Of a DNA stretch of 64,000 nt, positions 9,642 to 18,684 are shown one piece after another (the first letter of the stretch is position 1; the number at the start of each line of letters is the position of its first letter). Location: NCBI GenBank assembly GCA_041661505.1, contig JBAZUF010000003.1, positions 74,772 through 138,771 on the forward strand, written 5' to 3'. Under the pieces are notes generated by a model, which ran no database searches, had not been told where the DNA came from, and worked only from the letters and a program-made list of their open reading frames with translations. The stretch comes from Patescibacteria group bacterium. GTDB taxonomy: Bacteria > Patescibacteriota > Patescibacteriia > Patescibacteriales > JBAZCA01. The translations under genes and the position numbers were made by a program.

Positions 9642-10582
9642 AACTTTCTATCATTATTCCGATTTATAACGAGGAGGAAAATATTAATGAGCTTTTTCGG
9701 GAAATAAGAAATGCCGTAGCCCCGCTTGGGTTGGCTTTCGAAGTGCTGGCCATTAACGATGGGTCAAGCGATAAAAGTCTGGAAGTTGCTCGGAACGCGT
9801 CCCGGGGTGAAAATAATTTTAAGATTATTGATTTCAAAAAAAACTACGGCCAAACCGCCGCTTTAAGCGCCGGTTTTGACGCGGCCCAGGGCGGAATAAT
9901 TATTGCTTTAGACGGCGACGGCCAAAACGATCCGGCCGACATTCCCCGGCTGATTGAGAAGATGGAAGAAGGCTATGATGTAGTTTCCGGATGGAGAAAA
10001 GACAGAAAAGACGCGCTGATTTTAAGAAAAATTCCTTCCTGGATAGCAAACTATCTAATCTCTTTGATAACCGAGGTTTATCTCCATGATTATGGCTGTA
10101 CTCTAAAAGCCTATAAAAAAGAGGTAGTAAAAGAATTGCATTTATACGGAGAAATGCATCGCTTTATCCCGGCTTACGCATATTGGGACGGGGCTAGGGT
10201 GGCGGAAATCATAGTAAATCACCGGCCAAGAAAATTCGGGAAAACCAAATACGGAATCGGCAGGACTCTGCGCGTTGTTTTAGATCTTCTAACCGTTAAA
10301 TTTCTTACTCGGTACACTACCCGTCCGATGCATTTTTTCGGCTGGGTCAGCTTTGTACTTATGAGCTTCGCGCTGGCCTCTTTTGTCCTGGCCATTTATC
10401 TTCGGCTGGCCGGCATCGCCACTTTAATCCAAACCCCCTTGCCGTTAATGGGCGCTTTCTTTTCCATGGCCAGCCTGCAGTTTGTTTTAATGGGACTGAT
10501 TGCCGAAATGATAATGCGGAACAGTTTTGAGGGTCAGAAAAAGACCGTCTACCAGATAAAAGAGAAAATTAATTTTAACTAA
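9638..10582 (+). CDS. GT2 polyprenyl-phosphate glycosyltransferase (ArnC/GtrB/DPM1-like)
   Basis: LSIIIPIYNEEENI, INDGSSD, DGDGQNDP (DxD), plus two C-terminal TM helices. This is the classic GtrB/ArnC layout. Confidence 0.75.
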   Translation: MKLSIIIPIYNEEENINELFREIRNAVAPLGLAFEVLAINDGSSDKSLEVARNASRGENNFKIIDFKKNYGQTAALSAGFDAAQGGIIIALDGDGQNDPADIPRLIEKMEEGYDVVSGWRKDRKDALILRKIPSWIANYLISLITEVYLHDYGCTLKAYKKEVVKELHLYGEMHRFIPAYAYWDGARVAEIIVNHRPRKFGKTKYGIGRTLRVVLDLLTVKFLTRYTTRPMHFFGWVSFVLMSFALASFVLAIYLRLAGIATLIQTPLPLMGAFFSMASLQFVLMGLIAEMIMRNSFEGQKKTVYQIKEKINFN

Positions 10583-10588
10583 GCGCTT

Positions 10589-12460
10589 ATGTGCGGAATC
10601 GCCGGATATTGGGGTGAAGGGAATCGAAAAATACTGGAAGACATGACCCGGTCCATTAGCTATCGCGGTCCGGATGATGAAGGTTTTTTTACGGATAATA
10701 ATGTTGGACTTGGCCATCGGCGCCTTTCTATCCTCGATTTAAGTCCGGCCGGGCATCAGCCGATGGCCAGCGAGGCCGGGGATGTGATTATCGTTTTTAA
10801 CGGAGAAATTTATAATTTTCGGGAACTGGGAGAAAAAATTAAAGTCCGGCACGATTTCAAAAGCCAAACCGACACCGAAGTAATACTCCATCTTTATGAA
10901 GAAATCGGAGAGAAAGTCTTTACTGAAATCCAGGGCATGTTCGCTTTGGCGATTTATGACCGGCGGAAAGGAAAAATTATACTGGCTCGGGACCGGATGG
11001 GAAAAAAGCCGCTTTACTGGTTTATAGCCGGACGATCTTTAATTTTCGGTTCAGAGATAAAAGCTTTGATGAAACACCCGCTTTTTAAAAAGGAATTGGA
11101 TTTAGCGTCTTTAAGCAAATACCTGACTTATGAATATGTACCAACACCGAAAACCATTTTTTCAAACACCCAGAAATTAAAACCCGGCCATTTTTTAAGC
11201 TGGAACGGGAAAGAGCTTAAGACGGAAAAGTTTTGGGAAGTTGAATTTGGGCGCGCGCCGGTTAAAGATTTTAAAGACGGCCTCATTAAGCTGGATCAAG
11301 CTCTTAACCAGGCGGTTTCGGCTCGAATGATTAGCGATGTCCCTTTGGGAGTATTTTTGTCCGGAGGAATTGATTCAAGCGCTATCGCTTATTACGCTCA
11401 AAAAAACAGTTCAAGCAAGATAAAAACTTTTACCATTAGCTTCAAAGAAGAGAGCTTTGGCGAGGCCCGATTCGCCCGCCAGGTAGCCAGGCATCTGGGA
11501 ACCGACCACCACGAAAAAGAATTTTCCCATAATGACTGCTTGGAGCTTTTGCCCCGAATAGCCCGCTTATTAGACGAGCCGTTGGCCGACCCGTCCATAC
11601 TGCCCACCTTTATTCTTTCCGGCTTTACCCGGGAGAGAGCCTCGGTAGCTTTAGGTGGAGACGGCGGAGATGAGCTTTTTTTAGGCTATGATACTTTTTT
11701 AGCCCACCAGGCTGAATATTGGTACGAAAGGCTTCCCGGTTTTTTCAGAAAAGGTATAATAGAGAGGGGAGCGGGGCTTCTCCCAACCTCTTTAAATAAT
11801 ATCAGCTGGGATTTCGCGGTGAAAAGCTTTGTCCGGGGTTTTGACGGCGAAAAAAAGTACCGATACCAAAGATGGCTAGCGGCGTTCCTTCCCAAGGATA
11901 AATCAGAGTTGTTTACTCCGGAGGTTTTTAATCAGCTGTCCGGCCAAAATGAATTTGAAGAGATTGATGTTTGGCAAAAAAACGTTGAGAGAGAAAACTA
12001 CTTTAACCAGCTAACTAACCTTTACTTGCGCACCTATTTGATGGATGATATTCTAACTAAGGTCGACCGGGCCGGTATGTATAATTCGCTCGAGGTGCGG
12101 TCGCCTTTCTTAGACGCCAGCGTAGTTGATTTGGCCAATAGTTTTCCGATTGGATGGAAATTAAAAGGCTTTAAGACGAAATACATTTTAAAAAAATTAA
12201 TGCAAGGCCGGCTGCCCGAAGAAATTATTTGGCGCAAGAAAAAAGGCTTTGGCATTCCGCTCGCCCGCTGGCTTGCCGGACCGTTAAAGGAATTAGTTTT
12301 GGACTATTTGAGCGCGGAAGCTTTAAGAAAACAAGGAATCTTTAATCCGCGGCAGGTGGAAAGATTACTAAACGAACATTTCTCGGGAAAAAAAGATAAT
12401 CGCAAACAAATTTGGACCCTTCTTATTTTTCAGATGTGGTCAAAAAATTATTTGGAATAA
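10589..12460 (+). CDS. asnB: Asparagine synthase (glutamine-hydrolysing)-like amidotransferase
   Basis: MCGIAG N-terminal nucleophile Cys2, GEIYNF, and SGGIDSS PP-loop. 623 aa. Confidence 0.85.
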   Translation: MCGIAGYWGEGNRKILEDMTRSISYRGPDDEGFFTDNNVGLGHRRLSILDLSPAGHQPMASEAGDVIIVFNGEIYNFRELGEKIKVRHDFKSQTDTEVILHLYEEIGEKVFTEIQGMFALAIYDRRKGKIILARDRMGKKPLYWFIAGRSLIFGSEIKALMKHPLFKKELDLASLSKYLTYEYVPTPKTIFSNTQKLKPGHFLSWNGKELKTEKFWEVEFGRAPVKDFKDGLIKLDQALNQAVSARMISDVPLGVFLSGGIDSSAIAYYAQKNSSSKIKTFTISFKEESFGEARFARQVARHLGTDHHEKEFSHNDCLELLPRIARLLDEPLADPSILPTFILSGFTRERASVALGGDGGDELFLGYDTFLAHQAEYWYERLPGFFRKGIIERGAGLLPTSLNNISWDFAVKSFVRGFDGEKKYRYQRWLAAFLPKDKSELFTPEVFNQLSGQNEFEEIDVWQKNVERENYFNQLTNLYLRTYLMDDILTKVDRAGMYNSLEVRSPFLDASVVDLANSFPIGWKLKGFKTKYILKKLMQGRLPEEIIWRKKKGFGIPLARWLAGPLKELVLDYLSAEALRKQGIFNPRQVERLLNEHFSGKKDNRKQIWTLLIFQMWSKNYLE

Positions 12461-12463
12461 ACT

Positions 12464-13228
12464 ATGGCTTCAGAAGAGCGCTTCGGCTACGAATGGAAAA
12501 AATATAAAAATATTGAAGCCCAGTACGAGCTTCAATTTAAAAATTGGGTTTCACCTCTCGGCCCGGCGGATTTTTCAGGTAAAAAAGTTTTAGACGCCGG
12601 TTGCGGTATGGGAAGAAACAGTTATTTCGCCTTAAAATGGGGAGCGGGCGGGCTTTCCGCCTTTGACTTAGACGAAAGATCGGTTGAGTCGGCCAAAGAG
12701 AATATTAAATCTTTTTCACAGGCGAAAGTATTTAAGAAAAGCATTTATGAAATAGATTGGAAAAATGAATTTGATATTGCTATCTCAATCGGCGTGATCC
12801 ATCATCTAAAGGATCCTGGGCTGGCTTTAAAAAAGATGTACGAAGCAATAAAACCTGGTGGAACGCTATTAATCTGGGTGTATAGCTACGAAGGCAATGA
12901 ATGGATTACCCGGCTGGTTGACCCGGTCAGGAAAAACATTACCTCAAAACTCCCGGTCTCCTTAGTCCACTTTTTAAGTTATTTTTGTTCTGTTCCGCTT
13001 TGGCTTTTTCTAAAGGCCTACCGGGGCGGCAATCAATATTTAAAACAGCTGGCCGGTTTTAAATTTTTTCATGTCCACAGCATTGTTTTCGACCAGTTAA
13101 TCCCCGAAGTGGCCAATTACTGGACTAAATATGAGGCTGAAAGTCTTTTGGCAAACGCTGGTTTGAAGGACATTAGAATTTTTCGTCCGCCTAATAACTG
13201 CGGCTGGACGGTAATCGGAATAAAATAA
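12464..13228 (+). CDS. Class I SAM-dependent methyltransferase
   Basis: VLDAGCGMGRNS motif I, IGVIHHLKDP, IKPGGTLLIWVY. Confidence 0.75.
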   Translation: MASEERFGYEWKKYKNIEAQYELQFKNWVSPLGPADFSGKKVLDAGCGMGRNSYFALKWGAGGLSAFDLDERSVESAKENIKSFSQAKVFKKSIYEIDWKNEFDIAISIGVIHHLKDPGLALKKMYEAIKPGGTLLIWVYSYEGNEWITRLVDPVRKNITSKLPVSLVHFLSYFCSVPLWLFLKAYRGGNQYLKQLAGFKFFHVHSIVFDQLIPEVANYWTKYEAESLLANAGLKDIRIFRPPNNCGWTVIGIK

Positions 13229-13229
13229 T

Positions 13230-14081
13230 ATGAATTTTGAAGATAAGTTAAATTGCCCCTCATGCCGCTCGGGTTTGCAAAAAGATAAGGACGGCTTTTT
13301 CTGTCCGGTTTGCAGAAAAAGCTTTCCAGTTTCGGGAGAATTCCTGGATTTTTTAGATTCTCAAGCTAAAGAAGATATTCGCGGCAAGGTTATGGAAGAG
13401 GGCGCTTCAATCAGGAATTTTTTCAAACGCTGGCCGGGTTTTTATTATTTTATCGCCAATTTTTTTGGTCCCCTCTGGTTTAGCGGGCTAAGCGCCGAAG
13501 CTTTTTTGAAAGAATATAAAACCGAAGGCCTTAGTTTAAACCTGGGCTCTGGCCCGAAAGTTTTTTCGCCAGCAGTAATAAATGTAGATGTTTTTCCTTT
13601 TTCCGGAGTTAAAGTGCTAGCTGATATATCTAAGCTGCCCTTATGTGATAATTCGGTTTCCAGTATTATCCTGGATAATGTTATTGAGCATCTTTTAAAT
13701 CCCGAAGCGGCGGCAGGAGAAGCGCGGCGAGTGCTGGAAAAGGGAGGTATGGTATATGTTTGCGCTCCTTTCTTATATCCTTTTCATTCCTCCCCGAGAG
13801 ACTTTCACCGCTGGACCAAAGAAGGATTAATTAGGCTTTTTGCTGATTTCGAAATCGTGGAAGCCGGAGTCCGCTCCGGGCCATTTTCAGCCTTAACCGC
13901 TTATCTTTGCTATTTTATGGCACTCACTTTCTCGCTAGGGAGTAAAAAAGCCTATTGGTTAATGGTTAATTTATTTATGTTTTTGTTTTTTCCCCTGAAA
14001 ATCTTCGATATTATCTACAGTCGGCTGCCTCAAGCCATCCATCTTTCGGCGATGATTTATTTGGTGGCTAGAAAAAGATAA
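13230..14081 (+). CDS. Methyltransferase with N-terminal Trm112-like zinc ribbon and C-terminal TM segment
   Basis: CPSCRS..x..CPVCRK ribbon, LNLGSG, DNVIEHL, LEKGGMVYV, and a hydrophobic tail YLCYFMALTF..LFMFLFFPL. Confidence 0.6.
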   Translation: MNFEDKLNCPSCRSGLQKDKDGFFCPVCRKSFPVSGEFLDFLDSQAKEDIRGKVMEEGASIRNFFKRWPGFYYFIANFFGPLWFSGLSAEAFLKEYKTEGLSLNLGSGPKVFSPAVINVDVFPFSGVKVLADISKLPLCDNSVSSIILDNVIEHLLNPEAAAGEARRVLEKGGMVYVCAPFLYPFHSSPRDFHRWTKEGLIRLFADFEIVEAGVRSGPFSALTAYLCYFMALTFSLGSKKAYWLMVNLFMFLFFPLKIFDIIYSRLPQAIHLSAMIYLVARKR

Positions 14082-14107
14082 TTTCACCAAAAAATAGCTA
14101 TATCTGA

Positions 14108-14116
14108 TGATATAAT
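14108..14116 (+). promoter_or_regulatory. Extended -10 element TGATATAAT
   Basis: TGnTATAAT read at 14108-14116 in the 91-nt gap before the rSAM gene at 14173. No good -35. Confidence 0.3.
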
Positions 14117-14127
14117 TTCATTCACTC

Positions 14128-14157
14128 GGAAATGGCAAATTAATATTTTCCATTTCC
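14128..14157 (+). other. Stem-loop ending 15 nt before ATG 14173
   Basis: GGAAATGG (14128-35) pairs perfectly with CCATTTCC (14150-57). An inner AAAT/ATTT pairing extends it to about 12 bp around a TAAT loop. Confidence 0.55.
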
Positions 14158-14172
14158 TCACTCATTTCAATT

Positions 14173-15588
14173 ATGAAAATTCTTTTTATTACCCCGCCTT
14201 ATGATCTTATGAAAAAAGGCTACGGAACCAAGCGCTCGATTCGGGCCGGTTTTTTTCCGCCGCTGGGGGTTGGCTATCTGGCCGCGATATTAATAAAAAA
14301 CGGCCACAATGTTAAAATTATTGATTGTCCGCCGTTAAATTATGGCAATGAAGAAGTGATTAATAGCGTAAAAGATTATCGGCCCGGCATAATCGGAATT
14401 TCTTCCTTAACCGCTTCGGCTGAAGAATCGTATTCGTTAGTCCGGGAACTAAAAAAAGAATTCCCGGCCATTCCGATTTTATACGGCGGGTCGCACGCAA
14501 ATTCTTTCCCTGACCATATTATTGAAAATATACCGATGATTGACTGCTTATCATACGGAGAAGGGGAAAGAACCATCCTGCCTATTGTTGATTCGTTTGA
14601 AAAGACGGGAAAAATTGCCGCTGACCTTCCCGGCACCTGGGGCAAAACCGCTGATGGCCGATTTATAAAGAATCCTCCGACCGAGCCGATAATTAAGATG
14701 GACGAATTACTGCCCCCGGCTTATGAGCTTTATGATTATAAAATCTATCAGCCTTTACCGCTCCAATATAAAAAGATGCCCAACGCCAATTTGGTTACTT
14801 CGCGCGGATGCCCCTGGGGAAAATGCACTTTTTGTTTTAATTCAGGACGGGCCAAACAAATTTACCGCCGCCACAGCCCCGCCCGGGTAGTAGCGGAAAT
14901 AAAATCCCTTTACGAGAACCAGGGAGTGAGGGAGATTACTTTCTGGGACGACAACTTTTTGATTAATGAGAGATGGATTATAGAGTTTTGTGATTTGCTT
15001 GATAAAAGCGGGATTAAAATTCCCTGGTCAGCTTGCGGGCGGGTTAATTCCGTAACTGAAAATATGCTTAAGCGGGCCAAGCAATCAGGGCTCTGGTGTA
15101 TTTTTTTCGGTTTTGAAACCGGCAATCAGGATCTTTTGGACCGGATAAAGAAAGGCGCCACGCTAGAACAGGCCCGGCGTGCGGTAAAATGGTGTGATGA
15201 GCTTGGGTTAGACATCCGCGCTTCTTTTATGCTGGGGCTTCCCGGAGAAACACCAGAAAAAGCCCGGAATACCATTAACTTTGCTAAGGAATTAAATACG
15301 AGCTTCGCTATGTTTTTAATTACTTACCCGGAATGGGGAACCGAGCTATATGATGACGCCATGAAAAGCGGTTATATCGTCCCTCTTTATAAAGGGCGGA
15401 CGACGCCGACCTATATTCCAAACGGCTATAAAAACGCTGAAGAGGTTAGAGAGATGCAGAAAAAGGCTTTTCGGGCTTATTATTTTCGCCCGGCTTTTTT
15501 TTGGAAGCACCTGAAACGGATTAAAAGCTGGGATATTATTAAGCAGTATTATTACGGGCTTAAACTGATTATCGGCATGAGCGAATAA
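14173..15588 (+). CDS. B12-binding-domain radical SAM protein (paralog 2 of 4)
   Basis: LGVGYLAAILIKNGHNVKIID, IGISSLT, LYGGSHAN, then TSRGCPWGKCTFCFN Cys triad. 471 aa. Confidence 0.8.
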   Translation: MKILFITPPYDLMKKGYGTKRSIRAGFFPPLGVGYLAAILIKNGHNVKIIDCPPLNYGNEEVINSVKDYRPGIIGISSLTASAEESYSLVRELKKEFPAIPILYGGSHANSFPDHIIENIPMIDCLSYGEGERTILPIVDSFEKTGKIAADLPGTWGKTADGRFIKNPPTEPIIKMDELLPPAYELYDYKIYQPLPLQYKKMPNANLVTSRGCPWGKCTFCFNSGRAKQIYRRHSPARVVAEIKSLYENQGVREITFWDDNFLINERWIIEFCDLLDKSGIKIPWSACGRVNSVTENMLKRAKQSGLWCIFFGFETGNQDLLDRIKKGATLEQARRAVKWCDELGLDIRASFMLGLPGETPEKARNTINFAKELNTSFAMFLITYPEWGTELYDDAMKSGYIVPLYKGRTTPTYIPNGYKNAEEVREMQKKAFRAYYFRPAFFWKHLKRIKSWDIIKQYYYGLKLIIGMSE

Positions 15589-15602
15589 TTAAATAAAGTA
15601 TC

Positions 15603-17408
15603 ATGAATAAGCTAGCCATCTTTATAAAAAGGCGCGCGGCTATCATTATTTTGGCCATTTTTATCGGATTAATCGCCAGTTTTTCACAATGGGCGGGAAT
15701 TTATAATCTGGAGAAAAACGGGTACGGCCTATCGATGCCCCTTTTCTATGTTAGCGGAGATGATTTGGTCTATTTGGCAATGACCGAAGAAGTGCTTGAC
15801 GGCCACGGCTGGGCAGGCTCGCCATATTATTACGAACATAAAAATATTAAGCCGTTGATTCCGCCGTCCGGGCAATATCTTTATGCCGGACTAGCTTATC
15901 TATTCGGCCTTAGCGCCCCATGGGCGTTGATTATTGGCAAGTTTTTATTTCCCGCCTTACTTTTTCTCCTTGCCCATTGTCTTTTTAAAAGCATTCTTAA
16001 GGAGAATGATTTTAAGGCCAAGTTAACTTCTATCGCCGGCGCGCTATTAGTAGTCTTCGGCTACCCTTTTGTTGATTTCACCGCCGTGCGGGATACTTTT
16101 TTTTCAAGCGATGTAGCCAGATTTAATATCTGGACCCGGCCGGTTAATCCCATCACCGGCGCCCTGTTTATTTTTTCCTTCTTAATCTTAATTTGGAAAA
16201 TTATCAATAAGGAAAGAGAAAAAAGATATGCTTTTTTTGCCGCGGGAATGTTCAGTTTGATGGTCTTGAGCTATTTTTTTAGCTGGGGGCTGGCATTGGC
16301 TATTAGCGGCACCCTAGCCCTTTTCCTTGTTCTAATTAAGGATTTCCAGGCGGTTAAATGGATTGCCTTATCAGTTATTACCGGAATTCTTATTACAGTT
16401 CCTTATTGGCTTGGACTCCAAAAAGATTTTAACCTGACTTCCAATCTCGAGGCAACCAGGAGGAATGGCCTGATTTTAACCCATGTGCCGATATTCAACA
16501 AGGTTTTACTGGCGTCTTTGCTGGTTTATTTAATATTGTCCGCTTTTCTTTTTATAAAAAAAGAGCTCAATTGGAAAAAAGATTATTGGTGGCTTTTTGG
16601 CCTCGCTTTAGTCCTCGGGGGCCTTGGGGCTTTTAATCAACAGATAATCACCGGACGGACGATTTGGCCTCATCATTTTGTTCAGTATACTATTTCTCTA
16701 AGCTATGCCGCTCTGATTTTAATTGTTTATTACGCTTTTAACCGGCGTTATCCAAGATTGTGGATAAATTTTTGCGCATTTATAATCATCTTTTGCTTAG
16801 GCTACGGCATCTTTAATGAGTACAAAATAACGAAAAATTTAATGCCTTATATTTATGCCGATCAAAAATATTCAGATGTTTTAAGCTGGGTAAAACAAAA
16901 ATTCAACAAAGACGATGTGATCTTGTCAGCAAATGATGCGCAGCTGAAATACTTAATTCCGGCGTTTACCAAGATGAACGTATATGAAATACCCTGGGCC
17001 TTTTACGGTACGCCGGATGAGCGCCGCAATTTTAATTTTTTGGTTTTGCTAACTTTAGAGGGCATTAATCCTGCCAGTGTGGAGGATTACCTTAAATCCA
17101 TGCCGGAAGAATTTAGAAGCTATTATTTTACCGATTTAAATCAGCTTTTAAACGACGGTCCCGACCACCCGAGCTGGAAAGAAAAATATACGCGCATAGA
17201 AAAAATTTCTGCCGATTATAAAGAATTCAGGAAAGCTCCCTTGGGCCAGCGGCTGAAAAAATACCGCCTGGACTACGTTGTGTCCAACGGAGAGCTTAAC
17301 GAATGGTTAAAAAAAGAATTACCAGAGGCAAGGCTTCTTGAAAAAAGAGAAGATTATTTCGTCTATTCATTCAAAGATAATAAAAAACCCGTTAATACGG
17401 GAAATTGA
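15603..17408 (+). CDS. Large polytopic membrane protein with C-terminal soluble domain (possible GT-C-like)
   Basis: 601 aa. Acidic first loop VSGDDLVYLAMTEEVLDGHGW, about 11-13 TM segments, and a roughly 190 aa hydrophilic C-terminus. Confidence 0.4.
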   Translation: MNKLAIFIKRRAAIIILAIFIGLIASFSQWAGIYNLEKNGYGLSMPLFYVSGDDLVYLAMTEEVLDGHGWAGSPYYYEHKNIKPLIPPSGQYLYAGLAYLFGLSAPWALIIGKFLFPALLFLLAHCLFKSILKENDFKAKLTSIAGALLVVFGYPFVDFTAVRDTFFSSDVARFNIWTRPVNPITGALFIFSFLILIWKIINKEREKRYAFFAAGMFSLMVLSYFFSWGLALAISGTLALFLVLIKDFQAVKWIALSVITGILITVPYWLGLQKDFNLTSNLEATRRNGLILTHVPIFNKVLLASLLVYLILSAFLFIKKELNWKKDYWWLFGLALVLGGLGAFNQQIITGRTIWPHHFVQYTISLSYAALILIVYYAFNRRYPRLWINFCAFIIIFCLGYGIFNEYKITKNLMPYIYADQKYSDVLSWVKQKFNKDDVILSANDAQLKYLIPAFTKMNVYEIPWAFYGTPDERRNFNFLVLLTLEGINPASVEDYLKSMPEEFRSYYFTDLNQLLNDGPDHPSWKEKYTRIEKISADYKEFRKAPLGQRLKKYRLDYVVSNGELNEWLKKELPEARLLEKREDYFVYSFKDNKKPVNTGN

Positions 17409-17432
17409 GGGTGTACTCTAGCATGGTTTAGT

Positions 17433-18551
17433 TTAAGCTTTCTTCTCCAGAGATTTTAAAATGGAGGACTTTTTTTGTTCAGAAATTAAAAAATCGACGA
17501 TTCTTTTAGCCGCTTTTCCGTCTCCAAAAACATTCGGCCAAGTTTTTTCGCATTTAAGCATTTCCAGAACACAGCTAAGTATTTTTTCCGGTAAAACACC
17601 AGCCAGCTGGTTGGCTCCGCATGTTATTGTTTCCGGCCTTTCGGTTTCATCCCGAACGGTGACGCAAGGTATTTTTAAGATGCAGGCTTCTTCCTGAACT
17701 CCGCCGGAATCAGTTATGGCTAGTTTAGCATTGGCTTCCAGCTGTAAAAATTCTAAAAAACCGACCGGTTCAATAAATCTTACTTTTTCTGGAATCGGAA
17801 GCTGAAACGCTTTTAGGTTATTTAATGTTCGGGGGTGGATAGGGAAGATGACCGGAATATCTATTTGCATGGCAACTTTAGCCAAGCCCTCAAGAATTCC
17901 CCTTAAGCGGCTTTCAATATCTACGTTCTCCGCCCGATGGGCGGTAACTAAGACATAATTTCCTTTTTGGAGCCCGAGTTTTTCCAGGATATTTGTTTTT
18001 TTCCGGCTGATTTCTAAGTTTTCAAAAACGGCGTCTACGATGGTATTCCCTGAATAAAAGATTTTACTTTTTTCTATTCCTTCTTCCAGTAGATTTTTTA
18101 GCGCATCTTCGGTCGGGGCAAAGAGATAATCGGAAATATGATCGGTTATTATCCGGTTATTTTCTTCAAGCATTTTCAAGTTATGGCTTCTTAAGCCGGC
18201 TTCGTGATGAGCGATTTTAATGCCTAATTTATTGGCGGCCTGGGCACCGGCCAAAACGCTGTTAGTGTCCCCCTGGACAATTACGACTGTCGGCTTTTCT
18301 TTTTTTAAAATCTCGGATATTTCCCTGATCATCATGCCTACTTGCTTTCGGTATTCCTGCCCCCCGACGTTAAGATTATATCTTGGCATCGGTAAATCTA
18401 AATCATCGAAAATTTTAGCATCCATCTCGTAGCTATAGTGCTGGCCGGTATGTAAAATAAAAAAATCTTCCCTTCGGATCGAAAGTTCCTTAATAATTGG
18501 GGACATTTTAATGATTTCCGGCCGGGTGCCTAAAATTATGCCTATTTTCAC
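17433..18551 (-). CDS. wecB: UDP-N-acetylglucosamine 2-epimerase (non-hydrolysing)
   Basis: (V->M)KIGIILGTRPEIIKMSPII, VQGDTNS, HHEAGLRS and TDSGGVQEE motifs. Start moved to GTG 18551: the track start is a TTG that is really a -35 box. Confidence 0.8.
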   Translation of the reverse strand: MKIGIILGTRPEIIKMSPIIKELSIRREDFFILHTGQHYSYEMDAKIFDDLDLPMPRYNLNVGGQEYRKQVGMMIREISEILKKEKPTVVIVQGDTNSVLAGAQAANKLGIKIAHHEAGLRSHNLKMLEENNRIITDHISDYLFAPTEDALKNLLEEGIEKSKIFYSGNTIVDAVFENLEISRKKTNILEKLGLQKGNYVLVTAHRAENVDIESRLRGILEGLAKVAMQIDIPVIFPIHPRTLNNLKAFQLPIPEKVRFIEPVGFLEFLQLEANAKLAITDSGGVQEEACILKIPCVTVRDETERPETITCGANQLAGVLPEKILSCVLEMLKCEKTWPNVFGDGKAAKRIVDFLISEQKKSSILKSLEKKA

Positions 18552-18594
18552 AAAAGATTGCTTTTTATTAAAGATTAGAGTTTTTGGTGTAAAA

Positions 18595-18623
18595 ACTATA
18601 CTTTTTTTACACTGAATCGTCAA
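18595..18623 (-). promoter_or_regulatory. Sigma70-like promoter TTGACG-N17-TATAGT for wecB
   Basis: On the minus strand, -35 is 18623-18618 and -10 is 18600-18595, with GTG start at 18551. The TTG of the -35 box is the ORF-track start codon. Confidence 0.5.
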
Positions 18624-18684
18624 TATTTACAACCAATGAGTAAGATGGTCAAATAGTTATGGAACGCAATTATAATTTTTCCAG

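Noticed and set aside
14082-14172. A cobalamin riboswitch upstream of the B12-dependent rSAM genes (gaps at 14082-14172 and 30051-30147).
   Set aside because: The gaps are under 100 nt, too short for the roughly 200-nt cobalamin aptamer. No B12-box-like sequence is visible.
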